The position numbers and the translations under genes are program-made. From contig CAUVWX020000001.1 of NCBI GenBank assembly GCA_963555815.3, positions 1,088,001-1,152,000 on the forward strand: a stretch of 64,000 bases of DNA, given 5' to 3'. Position 1 is the stretch's first letter. The number at the start of each line of letters is the position of its first letter. Source of the DNA: a bacterium (GTDB taxonomy: Bacteria; UBA8248; JACPRG01; G963555815). Under the pieces are notes generated by a model. The model was not told where the DNA came from and made no database searches. It worked only from the letters and a program-made list of their open reading frames with translations. Below, in pieces: positions 9,699 through 18,484 of the stretch.

Positions 9699-11078
9699 AT
9701 GGAGGCAGGTTACCGGCAGGAGAGGGGAGGGACGAAGATGGCGGTGGTCCTCGCCGCCGGTTGTGGCTCCCGGCTGTGGAGCCAGCGGCGGCTTCCGCCG
9801 AAACCGCTGGTTCGGGTTCTGGGTGTGAGCCTGCTGGAGAGACAGCTGCGTGGACTTTCACGGCTTCCCGGCCTCGAAGAGGTGATCGTCGTGATTGGGC
9901 ACGAAGCGGAGGTCGTTCGCCAGTGGCTGGAGCGCAGCGGTCCCTGGCCGTTTGTCCTGCGGACGGTGGAAAACCCGGAGTGGGAAAAGGGAAATGGGAC
10001 CTCCCTTGACGCGGTCAAAGACCTGGTGGATGGGCAGGGCTTCTTTGTGCTGATGGTGGATCACCTCTATGAACCATCCACCTTGGAGATCTTTGTGAAC
10101 GAAGTGAGGGGGGATCTGGCCCTTGCGGTGTCCGTCGAGCAGGATCACATTCTGGACCTGGACGACGCCACGAAGGTGCAGATCGATGAAAGCAATATTG
10201 TCCGAGCCATCGGCAAGAATTTATCCGATTTCAACGCGGTTGAGATCGGCCTCTTTCGCTTGGACGGTCGGATCTTCGACTGCCTCAAACAGGCCTTCCA
10301 CGCGGGGAAGTATAACCTTGTCACCGGTGTCCAGCACCTGATTGCCGAAACGCCCCTTCGCGCCGTCCCGTCCCCCTGCCCCGTCTTCGACATCGATACC
10401 TGGCAGGACCTTCGACATGCAGAGCGGCACCTTATGCGGCAGATCCCTTCCGGTCGGGACGGCTTGGTGGCGAGGCATTTGAATCGCCGACTCTCCCTCC
10501 CGGTTTCCCGATGGCTGGTCAACTTCGGCGTCAAACCTATCCAGGTCACCCTCTTCGCCTTCGCGATGTCTGTGGTGTCCGGCCTTCTCTTTGCCCTCGG
10601 TCTTCCGGTGGCGGGAGGGCTGATGGCACAGGCGAGCTCGGTGGTGGACGGGATGGACGGGGAGATCGCTAGGCTCCGCGGGGCCACCAGTCGTTTCGGC
10701 GGCTTCATTGATTCGTTGTTGGATCGCCTGGGAGAGGGGGCTATTCTGGTGGGTCTCGGCCTCTTTGCCCTCTCCGGGGCGCCCGGATCGACGACCTTCG
10801 TCCTCGGAAATGTATCAGCCCTCGCCCTGTTGGTCAGTCCCCTCTCCATGGCGGTGAAGGACCGCTACTCTGTCGTCTACAAGCGCCCCTACTTATCCGA
10901 CGACCTCGATGGCTGGGCGCGCTTCCTCCTGGCGAACCACGACGGAAGGATGTTTCTCGTCTGCCTGGGGGGAATCTTCTCCCTCCCGCGTCTAACGCTG
11001 GCGCTATTGGTCGGTCTCGGATTGATCCAGGCCGTTTACCGCATCTGGCGGGTGAGGCGGACCGAACCCTCTCATTAG
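9699..11078 (+). CDS. bifunctional NTP-transferase / CDP-alcohol phosphotransferase (IPCT/DIPPS-like); start uncertain (9654-9738)
   Basis: LAAGxGSRL...PKPL nucleotidyltransferase domain fused to DGMDGEIAR...G..IDSLLDR CDP-alcohol motif with TM helices. Confidence 0.85.
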   Translation: MEAGYRQERGGTKMAVVLAAGCGSRLWSQRRLPPKPLVRVLGVSLLERQLRGLSRLPGLEEVIVVIGHEAEVVRQWLERSGPWPFVLRTVENPEWEKGNGTSLDAVKDLVDGQGFFVLMVDHLYEPSTLEIFVNEVRGDLALAVSVEQDHILDLDDATKVQIDESNIVRAIGKNLSDFNAVEIGLFRLDGRIFDCLKQAFHAGKYNLVTGVQHLIAETPLRAVPSPCPVFDIDTWQDLRHAERHLMRQIPSGRDGLVARHLNRRLSLPVSRWLVNFGVKPIQVTLFAFAMSVVSGLLFALGLPVAGGLMAQASSVVDGMDGEIARLRGATSRFGGFIDSLLDRLGEGAILVGLGLFALSGAPGSTTFVLGNVSALALLVSPLSMAVKDRYSVVYKRPYLSDDLDGWARFLLANHDGRMFLVCLGGIFSLPRLTLALLVGLGLIQAVYRIWRVRRTEPSH

Positions 11079-11109
11079 ACGGTCGCAGGGGGGGCAGCAA
11101 GCGAGGACA

Positions 11110-11131
11110 TGGTGGGCGATGCGGGACTCGA
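11110..11131 (-). repeat. 22-bp copy of the tRNA-Arg(CCG) 3' end (distal att remnant)
   Basis: TGGTGGGCGATGCGGGACTCGA is identical to 18316-18337. Confidence 0.85.
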
Positions 11132-11159
11132 GCCTGTCTTTATCCCTAATCAGGAGAAC

Positions 11160-11714
11160 CTAGGCCAACAACCCGAGAAAGTCTAGAAACCCTCGGTACG
11201 TCTTGCGTCCGATGCGACGGCGGTTCCACGTCTTCACTTTTTCGGAGTAGGCCTCGGCCTCACGCTCGTTCCAATTCAGGAGCGCGCGCAGGCTCCGGCG
11301 GGTGACCTTGCCATCGCTCTCATATAGACATTCTGCGACACGACTCAGAGAAAGCCGTTCCACAGCGCCAGTCTTTGAGAGCGTGATTTCAAATGGATGC
11401 TGCCGGCAAGTGACGGGTCGGTGTTCGTAGATAGAACACTGGTTGTCAGGGGTGAGAAACACACAATGGTTGCGCTTCCAGCGCAGGGCCATCACTGCCC
11501 TACTTTTTGCGAAGCGGACCCAAAGGTGATTGCGCTTGTCTAGGTTGACTTCCCGCTCTGGGAAAAAGTTCACGAATTCCTCGGGTGACTTCCCAGTTCC
11601 ATCAACGATGCGTTCGATGTCTTCCGTGCTGATGCACACCACCGTCTCCCGACAGCAGTTCCCGCAGCCGGTGCAACGGAATTTCAGCAGTTCGTGCCAC
11701 TTTTCTGTGCTCAT
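11160..11714 (-). CDS. YkgJ-family CxxCxxCC cysteine cluster protein
   Basis: FRCTGCGNCC ... CVFL...CSIYEHRP.TCR.HPF. Confidence 0.88.
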   Translation of the reverse strand: MSTEKWHELLKFRCTGCGNCCRETVVCISTEDIERIVDGTGKSPEEFVNFFPEREVNLDKRNHLWVRFAKSRAVMALRWKRNHCVFLTPDNQCSIYEHRPVTCRQHPFEITLSKTGAVERLSLSRVAECLYESDGKVTRRSLRALLNWNEREAEAYSEKVKTWNRRRIGRKTYRGFLDFLGLLA

Positions 11715-11742
11715 ATTCCCCTGAAAATCGGCGATAGAGAAA

Positions 11743-11767
11743 GGGCCGCGGCAATCGCCGCAACCCC
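11743..11767 (-). terminator. hairpin/terminator downstream of the displaced tRNA fragment
   Basis: GGGGTTGCGGC-GATT-GCCGCGGCCC followed by TTTCTCT on the minus strand. Confidence 0.55.
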
Positions 11768-11777
11768 ACGGATTCCA

Positions 11778-11822
11778 TGGTGGGCGATGCGGGACTCGAA
11801 CCCACGGCCTTTGGTTCCGGAG
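11778..11822 (-). repeat. 45-bp copy of the tRNA-Arg(CCG) 3' half (att site)
   Basis: Identical to 18316-18360, running from CCA through the anticodon loop. Confidence 0.95.
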
Positions 11823-12135
11823 TGCAGTTCAACATCGCCTCCGATCCCGCATACTACCTTGCAAAGCCAAGACTGACAAGACTTTTCTGGTAACGGGACA
11901 GTCTTACGGAATGACACCGATTCACATGGATTGGGATGGGTTATGGACACCAGTCTAAAAGCCCACGAATGAACAGGGATGCGCGATACAACCCGCTAAC
12001 TTTTTCAGTGTCCCGCCGAACCTCTTGGGCGCACCCCCAAAGGGGCACGTCATATTATGGTTCCTGCGGATGCACCCCACAGACAAAAGGCCCCCTATGA
12101 GACTGTCTGACGCAATTCACAATGGAGAAAAACAA

Positions 12136-12442
12136 ATGAGCGAGTTTCTGAGCGTGCAAGGAATTAGGATGCCTCTTAGGGGTCTCCAGGGCGTCCGTTT
12201 ATAGGCGTATGGAGGAGGGGATGCCCTACCTCAAGGTAGGTAGCTTGACCAGGTTTTCTAGGGACCAGGTGATTTCTTGGCTAGAGGGCCAGGAAAGTGA
12301 CCAGGAGGAGGAAAGCATCCTCTCCATTGGCGATTATAGATGTCTTGGCTGCGGCTGGGTCGGTCATGTGGAGAGACCGAGGCCCCTCAGTGAGATTTGG
12401 TGTCCGAAGTGCGGGGCAAAGGCACAGGTGGAAGCTGCATGA
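12136..12442 (+). pseudogene. excisionase-like HTH protein with C-terminal Zn ribbon, frameshifted
   Basis: ATG 12136 gives MSEFLSVQ; after one extra base the frame continues ELGCLLGVSRASVYRRMEEGMPYLKVGSLTRFSRDQVISWLE...CLGC...CPKC. Confidence 0.7.
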
Positions 12443-12559
12443 GGCCAGGGATGCAACCTAGATTTTGTTGTAGCCGGCGGCAGGGCGGCGTCCCAGCGTC
12501 TAATTTCAACGCAAACCTCGAACCCCTACCCCGGACACCTGTCTGGCAATTTGGATTCA

Positions 12560-12755
12560 AAATATTGCGTGGAGACCTGTCCTCAGGAACATCAAGCTGG
12601 ACGGCAGAGGGCTGGGAGAAGAGTTTCTACACGCCTGGAACCCGTCCCTCTGACTACCTTGTGGCCTACGCCCAGAAGTTCAATACCGTTGAGTACGTTG
12701 CCACCTTCTACAGGACCCCTTCTGCCAGGACAGTGGAGGGCTGGAGGCGAGGAGC
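12560..12755 (+). pseudogene. DUF72-family N-terminal fragment
   Basis: GTSSW..EGW..SFY...DYL.AYA.KF.TVE..TFYRTP; about 65 aa only. Confidence 0.75.
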
Positions 12756-12812
12756 TTTGGATAGCGATGGGGGGGGAAATCTCTTGGATACAATGGGACC
12801 AGACTGCTTACC

Positions 12813-12944
12813 TCAGAACCCATCACCTAAGGCAGGTGGCTCCCTAGGCTCCTCCTCGGTAGCCTCAACGTCAATGGCTTTTTGCTCTAGCTTATCCTCT
12901 CGCTTTAGCGAGAATTTAGCAAAGAAGGCGACAAGGTTTTCCAT
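12813..12944 (-). CDS. 43-aa small ORF, copy 1 (MENLVAFFAKFSLKREDKLEQKAIDVEATEEEPREPPALGDGF)
   Basis: Paralog of 14767-14898 with the same length and synonymous differences. Confidence 0.55.
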   Translation of the reverse strand: MENLVAFFAKFSLKREDKLEQKAIDVEATEEEPREPPALGDGF

Positions 12945-12986
12945 CCCATCCTGACGGCGTTCCTTGGATTATCTAGCTTATATCGG

Positions 12987-13175
12987 CTAGCAAATTTTAG
13001 AATTAAGGCATATTCCAATCGATATGTCCCTAACATCCTCCTGGATTTGCTGCACTACGGACGCTGATACCTGCGCCCCTGCTGAAGGCGGCCGAATCCA
13101 GGTATTTAATGCGTTCATCCAAAGTTCCGCTGCAATAAGAGCCAAGAGAACTCTAGTCCATCTGTCGAATGCCAT
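12987..13175 (-). CDS. small hypothetical membrane/secreted protein
   Basis: 62 aa, GGGAGGG RBS, hydrophobic N-terminus, two C-terminal Cys. Confidence 0.55.
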   Translation of the reverse strand: MAFDRWTRVLLALIAAELWMNALNTWIRPPSAGAQVSASVVQQIQEDVRDISIGICLNSKIC

Positions 13176-13307
13176 ATTGAGACCCTCCCCTTTTTACGAA
13201 AAGTTCATCTTGCCCCTTTGCCGTCCTAAGTGGGTTAAGCGTTGCATCACGGCTTCCACCTCGGCTCGTTCATCGTTTCCCCCCTTCCATTGGAGCTCTT
13301 AGCCCGC

Positions 13308-13844
13308 TCACTTATCAGGGTTCGCCCGATTCCAGTCGGCTGCGAAGGCGGTCAGGCCATCCTCGAGCCACTGCCTGATGTCGTTCTGAACACCGGAAAT
13401 ATGTCCCATCACCAATTTTCTCTCAAGCCACAAAACCGTAGGAACCCGGTGCCCACTGAGCTCAACGGTGTCCAGAAGTTCAATCCTTACGAAAGCGGCA
13501 CGATTGTCCTCTAACCCTCCCGAAATAAACTCTTCACTCAGTTCAGTCACACCAACCTGGATAACAGGAAGGGAAATGTTCTCGGAAAGCAACTCTTGCT
13601 GCTCAGCCAAATCCAGCACCTTAACCTTTGGCAGCATGGCCCGAAGCGCAACTAAGACAAAATCTTCCAATCCCTTCTCAGTAAGCCCAAACGCATCTTT
13701 TCCCTCTACAGTGATAACAACTTCGACTTTGATCGCAGAGAGTCCTTCAAGCTCTAGGCAGTCTCCACTAGGACATCCAGCCCCTGCCACCGAAGGGGAG
13801 ACCCCCAGAAGAAGCCCCGCTAGTAAGCCCGCTATAAGCTTCAT
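13308..13844 (-). CDS. hypothetical secreted protein
   Basis: AGGAGG RBS, signal peptide MKLIAGLLAGLLLGVSPSVAGA. Confidence 0.7.
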   Translation of the reverse strand: MKLIAGLLAGLLLGVSPSVAGAGCPSGDCLELEGLSAIKVEVVITVEGKDAFGLTEKGLEDFVLVALRAMLPKVKVLDLAEQQELLSENISLPVIQVGVTELSEEFISGGLEDNRAAFVRIELLDTVELSGHRVPTVLWLERKLVMGHISGVQNDIRQWLEDGLTAFAADWNRANPDK

Positions 13845-13923
13845 CGCCCTTCCTCCTTTCTCCTGAATTTGTGACTAAATGATACCCGCCCCCAGGGGGG
13901 AGAGGGAAGCTTTTCGCAATGCC

Positions 13924-13967
13924 GTGGCGTCCTGTAGACTTAGAAGTGGCGTCCTGTAGACTTAGAA
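13924..13967. repeat. perfect 22-bp tandem duplication
   Basis: GTGGCGTCCTGTAGACTTAGAA x2 with no spacer. Confidence 0.95.
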
Positions 13968-14116
13968 AATGGCCAATTTTGGAGAAGAGGAGGTGTCTGG
14001 ACGCCTATTCCTAGACATCTCAAGCTGGATAGCGGAAGGAGAGAGTTTTGGTTGTCTTTCTCTTGTTTGGCTAACTAAACTGTGCCTAGATTCCTGCTGC
14101 AATAGAGGTAACTAGT

Positions 14117-14710
14117 ATGAGGCGAAGCACTTTTGCTTTAGTCGCTTTTCTCCTAGTGGCCACCCCGGCCCAGGCGGACTTTGATGACGGAGTCGAAGCC
14201 TATCGAGGGGGCGATTACAAAACCGCCTTTGAGGAATTCAAACCCTTGGCCGATGAGGGACATGCCGACGCCCAGTATTTTCTCGGCGTCATGTACGGCG
14301 TGGGCCTACGGGTGCCGCAGGATAATGGCGAGGCGGTGAAATGGTACCAGAAGGCAGCTGAACAGGGACATGTTAAAGCCCAGAATAACCTCGGGGTCAT
14401 GTACGAAAATGGCCAAGGGGTGCCGCAGGATTATGCCGAGGCGTTGAAATGGCACCAGAAGGCAGCTGAGCAGGGATTGGCCCAAGCCCAGTATAACCTC
14501 GCGCTCATGTACGCCAACGGCCAAGGGGTGCCGCAGGATTACATCCTGAGTTATATGTGGTTCACGCTGGCGGCTTCAGAGATCAGGGTTGGCGAAGACG
14601 CCTTAACAAATCTGGCCATAATCGATCAACTCATGACATCTGATCAGATTGATGAGGCTCAGCGGCTCGCACACAATTGGAAGCCAAAAGAATCTGGAGG
14701 AGATGAGTAG
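14117..14710 (+). CDS. secreted Sel1-like repeat protein
   Basis: Signal peptide; repeats AQxxLGxMYxxGxGVPQDxxEAxKWxxKAAEQG. Confidence 0.93.
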   Translation: MRRSTFALVAFLLVATPAQADFDDGVEAYRGGDYKTAFEEFKPLADEGHADAQYFLGVMYGVGLRVPQDNGEAVKWYQKAAEQGHVKAQNNLGVMYENGQGVPQDYAEALKWHQKAAEQGLAQAQYNLALMYANGQGVPQDYILSYMWFTLAASEIRVGEDALTNLAIIDQLMTSDQIDEAQRLAHNWKPKESGGDE

Positions 14711-14766
14711 CACCGATCTAGCAATAAACCCTGTCAAAGAAATTACACAAGGCACTAGCCCCCGAC

Positions 14767-14898
14767 TCAGGACCCACTTTCGAGGGCAGGGAGGCCTTTT
14801 AGGCCCTTCTCACTTGCCTCAACGTCTATCGCTCCTTCTTTCGCCTTGTCCTCTCGCTTCAGCGTGAACTTGGCAAAGAAGGCAACAAGGTTTTCCAT
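14767..14898 (-). CDS. 43-aa small ORF, copy 2 (MENLVAFFAKFTLKREDKAKEGAIDVEASEKGLKGLPALESGS)
   Basis: Paralog of 12813-12944. Confidence 0.55.
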   Translation of the reverse strand: MENLVAFFAKFTLKREDKAKEGAIDVEASEKGLKGLPALESGS

Positions 14899-14999
14899 CC
14901 CATCCTGACGACGACATTTTTACTCCTGGAAAACGTTTATTGACAACCCAAAGGTGTCGTCCAATACGAAGGGCACAGCCCCTCGACATTAAACTAAAT

Positions 15000-15809
15000 T
15001 CAGAAGCGCCACACCGCCAGTGCTTGCGGTGCTATTTCATCTGTTGCGGCGTCACCTAGTTTGTTGATCCAGAACTGAAGATCCAATCCAACATAGAATC
15101 GGCCAACTCCGCCAAGCAACTTGCCCAGATCGTACCGGAACTGCGGCTGTCCGAGAATATGCCACTTCACGTTATTGCCCAACTCGTTGTCCCTACCGCC
15201 AATATATTCAATATGACCTTCCACGCTGAAGTCTTGATTACCAATGCTAAAAGGAAGCGCCCAGTTAAAGTCAATCATAAAGCTATTATCTTCGGCGGGG
15301 GCTCCACCGGCTGCAAGCCCTCTGCTGTGGTCGATGTAAGCTGTCACATCCAGGTTTGCAAAAGCGAACCGAGGAATACTCCACGCAAATCGAACACCAG
15401 GAAGATACTTTCGAGCCTTAGCTTCCGATGACCAATTAAACCCGCCAATCAGACCGACGTCGGAAAGAGGACCGCCCCAATTCTTGCTGCCTCGAATTTT
15501 ATTAAAACTAAGATTCGCATAGAACTCGGCATAGACGGCTAGATCATTAAAATTTTGGTTACCGCTATCAAGGAAGTCGACGAAGAAGAAATTATCTCCA
15601 TACTTCCAGCCACTAGCATGCTGGAGAGTCAGAATATGCGTGTATGAATCGCCCCCACCGGCTAAGGTCGGTGTATCAAGATTACCAAAATTATATTGGA
15701 GTTCCGTAATACCATAGTCCGCAGAATGCGCTGGGGATGTGAATACGGAAACGGCAATTACCAAGAACCCGATCGTACTGCCGAGCCACCACTTCACCGA
15801 TAATTCCAT
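15000..15809 (-). CDS. Tsx-like nucleoside-specific outer-membrane channel
   Basis: Signal peptide; TLQHASGWKYGDNFFFVD, QPQFRYD, W.NKLG; C-terminal WRF beta-signal. Confidence 0.8.
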   Translation of the reverse strand: MELSVKWWLGSTIGFLVIAVSVFTSPAHSADYGITELQYNFGNLDTPTLAGGGDSYTHILTLQHASGWKYGDNFFFVDFLDSGNQNFNDLAVYAEFYANLSFNKIRGSKNWGGPLSDVGLIGGFNWSSEAKARKYLPGVRFAWSIPRFAFANLDVTAYIDHSRGLAAGGAPAEDNSFMIDFNWALPFSIGNQDFSVEGHIEYIGGRDNELGNNVKWHILGQPQFRYDLGKLLGGVGRFYVGLDLQFWINKLGDAATDEIAPQALAVWRF

Positions 15810-15931
15810 CCTAAGACGTTAAAATTGAGACGTCCTCTGGTCGACAAAAATGGCACAATACATCCCTTTTCTCTAGAATGTCTACACCGATAGTGAAGGA
15901 CGGTCATTGATATTCCATAAACCCCACCACG

Positions 15932-16023
15932 TCAGGAATTATTGCCTGCGCCAGGCAGTCTCTTCGGGTTCTCCTCGATGGGCTCGACGTCAACCACCCT
16001 TTCTTTTGGCTCATCTCCTACCC
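15932..16023 (-). pseudogene. partial third copy of the 43-aa ORF (..GDEPKERVVDVEPIEENPKRLPGAGNNS*)
   Basis: Same DVE motif followed by exactly 16 codons to the stop, as in copies 1 and 2. Confidence 0.5.
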
Positions 16024-16949
16024 TTTTTGCAATTGAGTCTTCAGAACGATAGGAAGCGTGACTGTAAACTTTGATCCCTTTCCTACCTCACTCTCAACCC
16101 GAATGTCCCCACCTAAAAGGTCCGCGAGCTTCTTGGCAATCGCCAGCCCCAGACCCGTACCACCGCGTCCTCCCCCACCTGATGGGTCCGCTTGACGAAA
16201 CTCCTCAAAAATGTAGTTCAGCGCCTTTTATCCATGCCAATTCCTGTGTCGGAGACTTCCAGTGCCAGGTGTCCATCTTCATGCCAGGCCGAAACCTTCA
16301 CCTCGCCCTTCTCGGTGAACTTCGCCGCATTGCTCAGGAGATTAAGAAGAATCTGTCCCAGTTTCTCTTGATCTGTCGCCAGGCGTGGGATATCAGGTCT
16401 GATCTCCTGGATGAGACGCACTTGGCCAGCCTTTAACATCGGCTTCACGGTTGACGCCGCTGTATGGATGACATCTTGGACATTGAACGATTGGACAAAG
16501 ACCTCCATCCGGCCGGCCTCTATCTTGGAGAGGTCAAGCAACCCGTTGATGAGATTGAGAAGGTGCTCCGAGCTGATGAGAACCTTTTGCAGGTTTTCCG
16601 CTTGCAAGGTCGGGATTTGTCCCTCGGTCTTCCGCAGAACCAAACCGGTGAAACCCATGATGGAGTTGAGGGGCGTACGCAGCTCATGGGACATACTGGC
16701 CAGAAAGTCGCCCTTGGTGCGGCTCGCTTCCTCGGCGGTCTCTTTGGCCGCTTGTAGCTCTTGGTTCTTTTGCCCTAACAGCCCCTTCTGCTCGTCAAGT
16801 TCTCGTATGACCGATTGAAAGACGGTGTCATATTGATCCTTGGCTTCCTCCAAGGTTTTGCGATTCGCTTCGGAGCGGGCGAGTTGCTTCCGAAGGATGC
16901 GATTTTCCCGCTCGAGCTTCTGAAGACTGGCTTGGGAGTCTTCCGTCAT
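16018..16949 (-). pseudogene. cytoplasmic sensor histidine kinase, frameshifted in the HATPase domain
   Basis: [24 protein letters not shown]; after a frameshift near 16226 it continues [27 protein letters not shown]. Confidence 0.85.
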
Positions 16950-16984
16950 GTTGTGTTTCCCGAATCCCTGACAAACCGGCTAAT

Positions 16985-17855
16985 CTACGTACCGAGCAAG
17001 AGCATTGCGAAGATTTCGTGGTGCATGATGGGTTTGGTTCTGTCCGATTCCTGCGGACCGATTTCGCCGTAGCTGTAGAAACCGCAAAACGGCACTTCGT
17101 TGCCGATACTTTCCTTGAGAATCCTAACCTCCTCACCGGTCTTGGTGCCGAGCAAAAGCCTGCGGGCTGCACAAGAGACGATTCCTGCAGCCTCCGGCTT
17201 CTTTGTGTCGGGAAACCCTTGCAGCGCCCTTCGGATCGATTCCGCGGTGCCATCGAGAATTGCCGCGCGGTCGGTGATCGAAACCTGCACTCTCGAACCT
17301 TCGGGGATGTCAGCGAGATAGGTGATGGCTCCTGTGTGTTCGTCGATATTGCCTGGCGTCTCGCGGAGATATTCGGGCTCGTCGTCGTCGTTCAGAACGA
17401 TGAGCGGAAATTCTGCCTTTGGCTTGAACTGATCCCCCAAGAAACGACGATAGAAATCGATGGCAGGCGCGCCATCGATTTCGTAGACGACAGCGCCATC
17501 CGAGCGCGTGATCACTCCCGGCTCGCCGACCGGCCTCCAACCGTGTGCAGCGCCCAACGAGTACACCAGCGGACCTGACAGAAGCAAGATAGGTACGCCA
17601 TCCGAGACGACCTCTCGGCCAAAGAACTGAAGCGTTTTGACCACTCTGTAATGGTCCCCCGCCGCGCCTCCAAACAGCGTCACGTTGTCACCAAGCGCCT
17701 TTGTAAGTGCTTCCACAATCTGCTGGCCGCTCATCGTGAGACTCTCGGGCGTCGCGATGCACAGACTCGGCTCGAGTGTTGTCTGGGCCCTGGCCTCCGC
17801 GACGGCCCGCGAACAGGCTGCCTCAGCACCTTGACTCACCTCCCGTGCAAGGCCC
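16985..17855 (-). pseudogene. FIST signal-transduction protein, 5' truncated
   Basis: FGGAAGD, HGWRPVG, SCAARR, GFYSYGEI; N-terminal part missing at the junction with the integrase remnant. Confidence 0.8.
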
Positions 17856-18309
17856 GTGTGGTGAGTTATTTTCACTTAGATGGGAGGACCTGGACTTTCA
17901 GAATGGCATCGTTCGGGTTTTGGACACCAAGAACGGAGAGAGACGGGAAATCCCTATGAGCGACACCCTGCGTAAGACCCTCCAGCGAATTTCCCGCCGC
18001 CTGGATTCACCCTACGTCTTTCCAGGGAAAACAGGAAATGGCCTTGTGGAAATCAGAAGGCCTTTCAAGAGGGCGTTGCAGGAAGCAGGAATTGAGGGGT
18101 TTGTGTTTCATGACCTCCGGCACACATTTGCTTCTCACCTGGTCATGGCGGGCGTAGATCTCGTGACAGTGAGGGAATTTCTTGGCCACAAAAGGATGGA
18201 AATGACCCTCCGGTATGCCCACTTGGTACCGGACCACAAGAGGGCGGCCATCAACCGACTGGACACCAGGCAAAAGAAATGGGTCACCGCGATTGCTGCA
18301 ACCCCTTGA
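17856..18309 (+). pseudogene. tyrosine recombinase/integrase C-terminal fragment
   Basis: GELFSLRWEDLD, TKNG, FHDLRHTFAS, LGHK, TLRYAHL; the catalytic Arg I region and N-terminus are deleted. Confidence 0.9.
18272..18305 (-). terminator. rho-independent terminator downstream of tRNA-Arg
   Basis: GGGGTTGCAGC-AATC-GCGGTGACCC followed by ATTTCTTTT. Confidence 0.6.
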
Positions 18310-18315
18310 ATTTCA

Positions 18316-18392
18316 TGGTGGGCGATGCGGGACTCGAACCCACGGCCTTTGGTTCCGGAGACCAACGCTCTATCCACCTGAGCTAATCGCCC
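18316..18392 (-). tRNA. tRNA-Arg(CCG)
   Basis: 77-nt cloverleaf GGGCGAT...TTGGT-CTCCGGA-ACCAA...GGTTCGAGTCC...ATCGCCCACCA. Confidence 0.97.
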
Positions 18393-18484
18393 CTGCCTTT
18401 TTACCTTAGATGATGCTCCGGAAATCTGTCAATGAGAGAGATCTCGATCAGAGGCGGGTCTCCCACGTTTTCGGCTGTCTAAAA

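Larger units (their letters stand above)
11778..18360. mobile_element. degenerate genomic island integrated in tRNA-Arg(CCG)
   Basis: Bounded by 45-bp direct repeats of the tRNA; contains an integrase remnant, an Xis-like remnant, lower GC and several pseudogenes. Confidence 0.88.

Noticed and set aside
11778..11822. Second tRNA-Arg gene
   Set aside because: The 5' half (acceptor 5' strand and D arm) is absent; it is an att fragment.
11602..11950. ORFs 11602-11835 and 11711-11950 (and 18135-18377) sharing GTKGRGFESRIAHH-type peptides
   Set aside because: They are translations of the tRNA or att sequence, not proteins.
12397..12954. 185-aa ORF as an intact gene
   Set aside because: It is a chimera of non-coding sequence, a DUF72 fragment and the antisense strand of the 43-aa ORF.
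13924..13967. Possible CRISPR array
   Set aside because: Only two abutting copies, no spacer, and no cas genes in the window.
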